A program made the position numbers and the translations under genes. 64,000 nucleotides of DNA from positions 1 through 64,000 of the forward strand of contig QPMI01000247.1 in the NCBI GenBank assembly GCA_004431415.1, written 5' to 3'. Source of the DNA: Cyanophora paradoxa CCMP329 (taxonomy: Eukaryota; Plantae; Glaucophyta). This document shows positions 61,121 to 64,000 of the stretch, in pieces. A model generated the notes under the pieces. That model was not told where the DNA came from. It did no database searches and saw nothing but the letters and a program-made list of their open reading frames with translations. Each line of letters starts with the position of its first letter. The first letter of the stretch is position 1.

Positions 61121-64000
61121 CTACCGCCCGGAGGCGTCGACGACGTAGAAGATGGGGCTCGCGGCGGCGGCCTGCGCGACCTCCGCCGCCGTCGCCACGC
61201 GGTTGAAGTCGTTGTCCCACAGCTGCGCCCTCGTCAGCGCCGGGGCGGGCGGGGCGGGGCGGGCGGGGCGGGGCGGGGCGGGCGGGGCGGGGCGGGGCGG
61301 GGCGGGCGGGGCGGGCCTCGACGAGGTGGGCGCCGAAGTGGCGGGAGGCCTCTCGCAGGAGCGCCTCCACGTCGCCCCCGAAGCGGATGCCCGCGCCCGC
61401 CCCTCCCCGACTGCGGCAGCCGCCGCACGTTCAGCCGCAGCGCCCCAGCCCCCGCCTCCGGCCCCGCCGCCCCCGCCGCCCCGCCGCCCCCGCCGCCCCC
61501 GCCGGGCCGGCCGGCCCTGCCGGCCCTGCCGGCCCCGCCGGCCGCCCAGCCGCGGCCGCGGGCTGCCACGAGGGCAGATGGGAACCCGTGGCCCGGGAAG
61601 CGCCGGCTTGCGAGAGCCACGAGCGAGTTTGCTGCGCAAAGGTGGCGCCCGACCCGGCCGAGGCCGCTGCCGCCACCGCAGGCTGCCACGCGGTTTGCTG
61701 GCCATGGAAGCTCGTTGCCTGGGAAGGCATAGGGGCGGCCTGCGGGGGCCACGACGGGGTCGACATCTGCTGCACGAATCCATAGCCAGCGCCGCCGACG
61801 CTGTACGGGGCGGAGGGCGCCGCCCGCTGGGCGTGGGCCACGGCTTGCATGGGGTAGTTCGCATATGCATAGCCGAGGTTCGAAGCCCCGTACGGAGCTG
61901 CGCCGACGCCGGCGCCGCAGCTCGAAGCCTCCGCCCCGTAGAAGAAAGACGGGGCGCCGGCGCTTTGCGCTGAGTACGTCGGGGCAGCTCCCCCGGCGCC
62001 AAAGGGAGCGGAGTAGCTGCTGATTCCCGTGAAGGGCTGAACGAAGTCGAAGGGCTGCAAGGCGGGCGCCGAGCCGAGCGAGGCTGCGCCGTAGCCGTAG
62101 GACCCCGGCTGCATGCTTGGCCCGCACTGCAGCGGCGCGGCGCTGAGGCCCGGGGCTGGGACCGACCAGCTGCAGCTCACGTTCACGGTGCCCTGTGCTG
62201 GCGCCGCGTACTGCGCCTGCGCCGCGTGTTGCGGGGCCGCCGGAGCGTTCTGTGTGGCTGCGGCTGCGGCTGCGGCTGCTGATTTCGAAGCTTCCTGCAC
62301 CGAAAGCCGCGGGGCCGGCGCTGCGGGGGCCGTGCACGTGGGGGCCGGCGCCGCCGGGGCCGTGGGGGCATGCTGCGCCGCGGAGGTCGCCAGAGCATTC
62401 CGCGCCGCCGGAGCGTGCCGCACGGGACCCGTCGGGGCCGCGGGGGCCGTCGAAGTTGGAGCTTCAGAGGTTCCCCCCGCCCATTCCTTCGCGGCTGGGT
62501 CGAGAATCCTGGAGGGCTCCTGCAGGGCCACAACCGTCGTCTCCACTTCCGGCGGCGCCTGGGACAAGTCGTGTTCTGCCGTGGCTGGGAGGGATGGCGC
62601 GGCTGGGAGAGGAGGGCCCCACTCGGGTGGCGCGATCTGTGTCGAGGCGGGGCGAGAGACCGGCGCCGCCGTGGTCGAAAGGCGAGCCTCGCCAGCCGCC
62701 GCCTCCTCCGTCCGGAGCTCGCTCCGCTCTGAATCCTCCTGCTTGCAGACCTCAGCGCCGGCGACAATTCTCGGAGGGAGATGACACGGGTAGCGCACCG
62801 GCTTGTCAGGAGCGGCCTTGGCAGGAGCAGCGGCTTGTTCATCGTGACGCCCTGCGACGATCTCGAGTCCGAAAGTTATGGTCCGCTTGAAGCAAGAAGA
62901 GGCCGGGCGTTCACACCGGCCCGTCGGGCGAGGCGCCGAGTCGCTTCCGGCGTGACGAGATGATGTCGAGGCCGCAACCAGCGAGGAAGCTCCGCAGGCG
63001 ATGGCACGCCTCCGGGGTCCCCGGCGCAGGGTCGTGCACTCCGACCCGCGGCGCCTCCCCGGGCCCGAAGAGGGCACGGTAGAAGGGCTGCTCCCGGTAC
63101 TCTGCGTGCGGTGGGCGGTGAGGTGCGACCGATGCCGCGCCCCGCAGGATGCACGCAGGCACCTTCCAGCCGATAGCAGAGGCCGCGGCGGCTTGCCTCC
63201 TCGGGGCCACACACTGCCTCGGCTGTTCGATTGGCGGGTAGCGCAAAGGTGGGCGGCGGCCCGCGGGCGCACGGGCGATAAGGACGGCGTCGCGGACGCG
63301 GCGGGCTGTGAAGAGGCAAACGTCGGGGCGAAGACCGATGCATAACTACGAAAGGATCGCCAAAATGAAGGCAGGCATGGACCGGAGCAGCGGGCGAGCG
63401 CACAGTCATGCCACCCCACTTGAACTTGACTTCTATTCTGGGCAAGCCGCCTCCCGCCTTAAGCTTGACTTGGGACACGACATTGGCGGGCAAATTGCCG
63501 CCCTTTAGATCTCTGAGCGGCATGTTCTCCAGTTCCTCGCTGTCGGGCTTGGCCTGTCAGAAATCAGTGTCCGGTTTTAAGCAAGGGGAGGCCGTGCCCA
63601 CACACCAGCCCGTCAGGTGAGGTGCGCAGTCGCTTGCGGTCAGACAAGCTGATCTCAAAGCCGCAGTTGACAAGGAAGCTCCGCAGGCGGTGACACGCCT
63701 CGCGACTCCCCGGCGCGGGGTCGTGCACTCCGACCCGCGGCGCCTCCCCGGGCCCGAAGAGGGCGCGGTAGAACGGCTGCTCCTGGTACTCTGCGCGCGG
63801 CCAGCGGTGAGGTGCGACCGATGCCGCGCCCCCGCGGCAGGCACCTTCCAGCGGATTGCAGAGGCCGCGGCGGCTTGCTTTCTCAGGGCCAAAGACTGCC
63901 TCGCAGTTCGGATCAGTAGGTAGTGCAAAGACGGGCGGCGGGCGCACGGGCGATAAGGACGGCGTCGCGGACACAGCAGGCCGTGTAAAGGCGCACGCCG
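61121..64000 (-). CDS. Uncharacterised protein (3' part): duplicated N-terminal module, long Ala/Pro/Gln/Tyr low-complexity region, small globular C-terminal domain
   Basis: Long open frame 61431-62860; repeated exon AEY(R/Q)EQPFYRALFGPGEAPRVGVHDPAPG..EACHRLRSFL; C-terminus GDVEALLREASRHFGAHLVE|LWDNDFNRVATAAEVAQAAAASPIFYVVDASGR*. Confidence 0.6.
62876..63985. repeat. Diverged ~430-bp duplication (62876-63310 vs 63564-63985) covering exon and intron sequence
   Basis: Shared strings such as gggtcgtgcactccgacccgcggcgcctccccgggcccgaagagggc and gggcgcacgggcgataaggacggcgtcgcggac. Confidence 0.88.

Overview
A GC-rich, intron-dense eukaryotic nuclear window, so the unspliced ORF track is mostly shadow ORFs; all gene models below were spliced by eye and boundaries are approximate. 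Introns are mostly about 50-110 nt, with GT or GC donors, CTGAC/CTAAY-like branch sites and YAG acceptors. An MAAF-type plastid transit peptide suggests a glaucophyte such as Cyanophora (inference). About 16 genes are supported. Recognisable conserved genes: RRM1 (partial), THUMPD1/Tan1, PSMC1/RPT2, a P4-ATPase flippase, mitochondrial ATP synthase gamma, a KCTD-type BTB protein, ATAD2/Yta7, a MYB factor, an F-box protein, a TPM-domain protein and an Hva1-TUDOR protein. Accessory genes include several with bacterial-type motifs. Three highlights: (1) a ~10.7 kb gene encoding a bacterial-type TIR - TM - WD40 protein extended with EGF and WSC-like modules, i.e. a candidate Toll-analogous receptor, convergent with a giant cell-surface protein; (2) a mutational signature of tiny inverted triplications (X -> X X' X), visible by aligning a decayed exon copy with its source, which may explain the palindrome-rich noncoding DNA; (3) two near-identical adjacent hairpin introns (introner-like). 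No rRNA, tRNA, CRISPR array or autonomous transposon was recognised.
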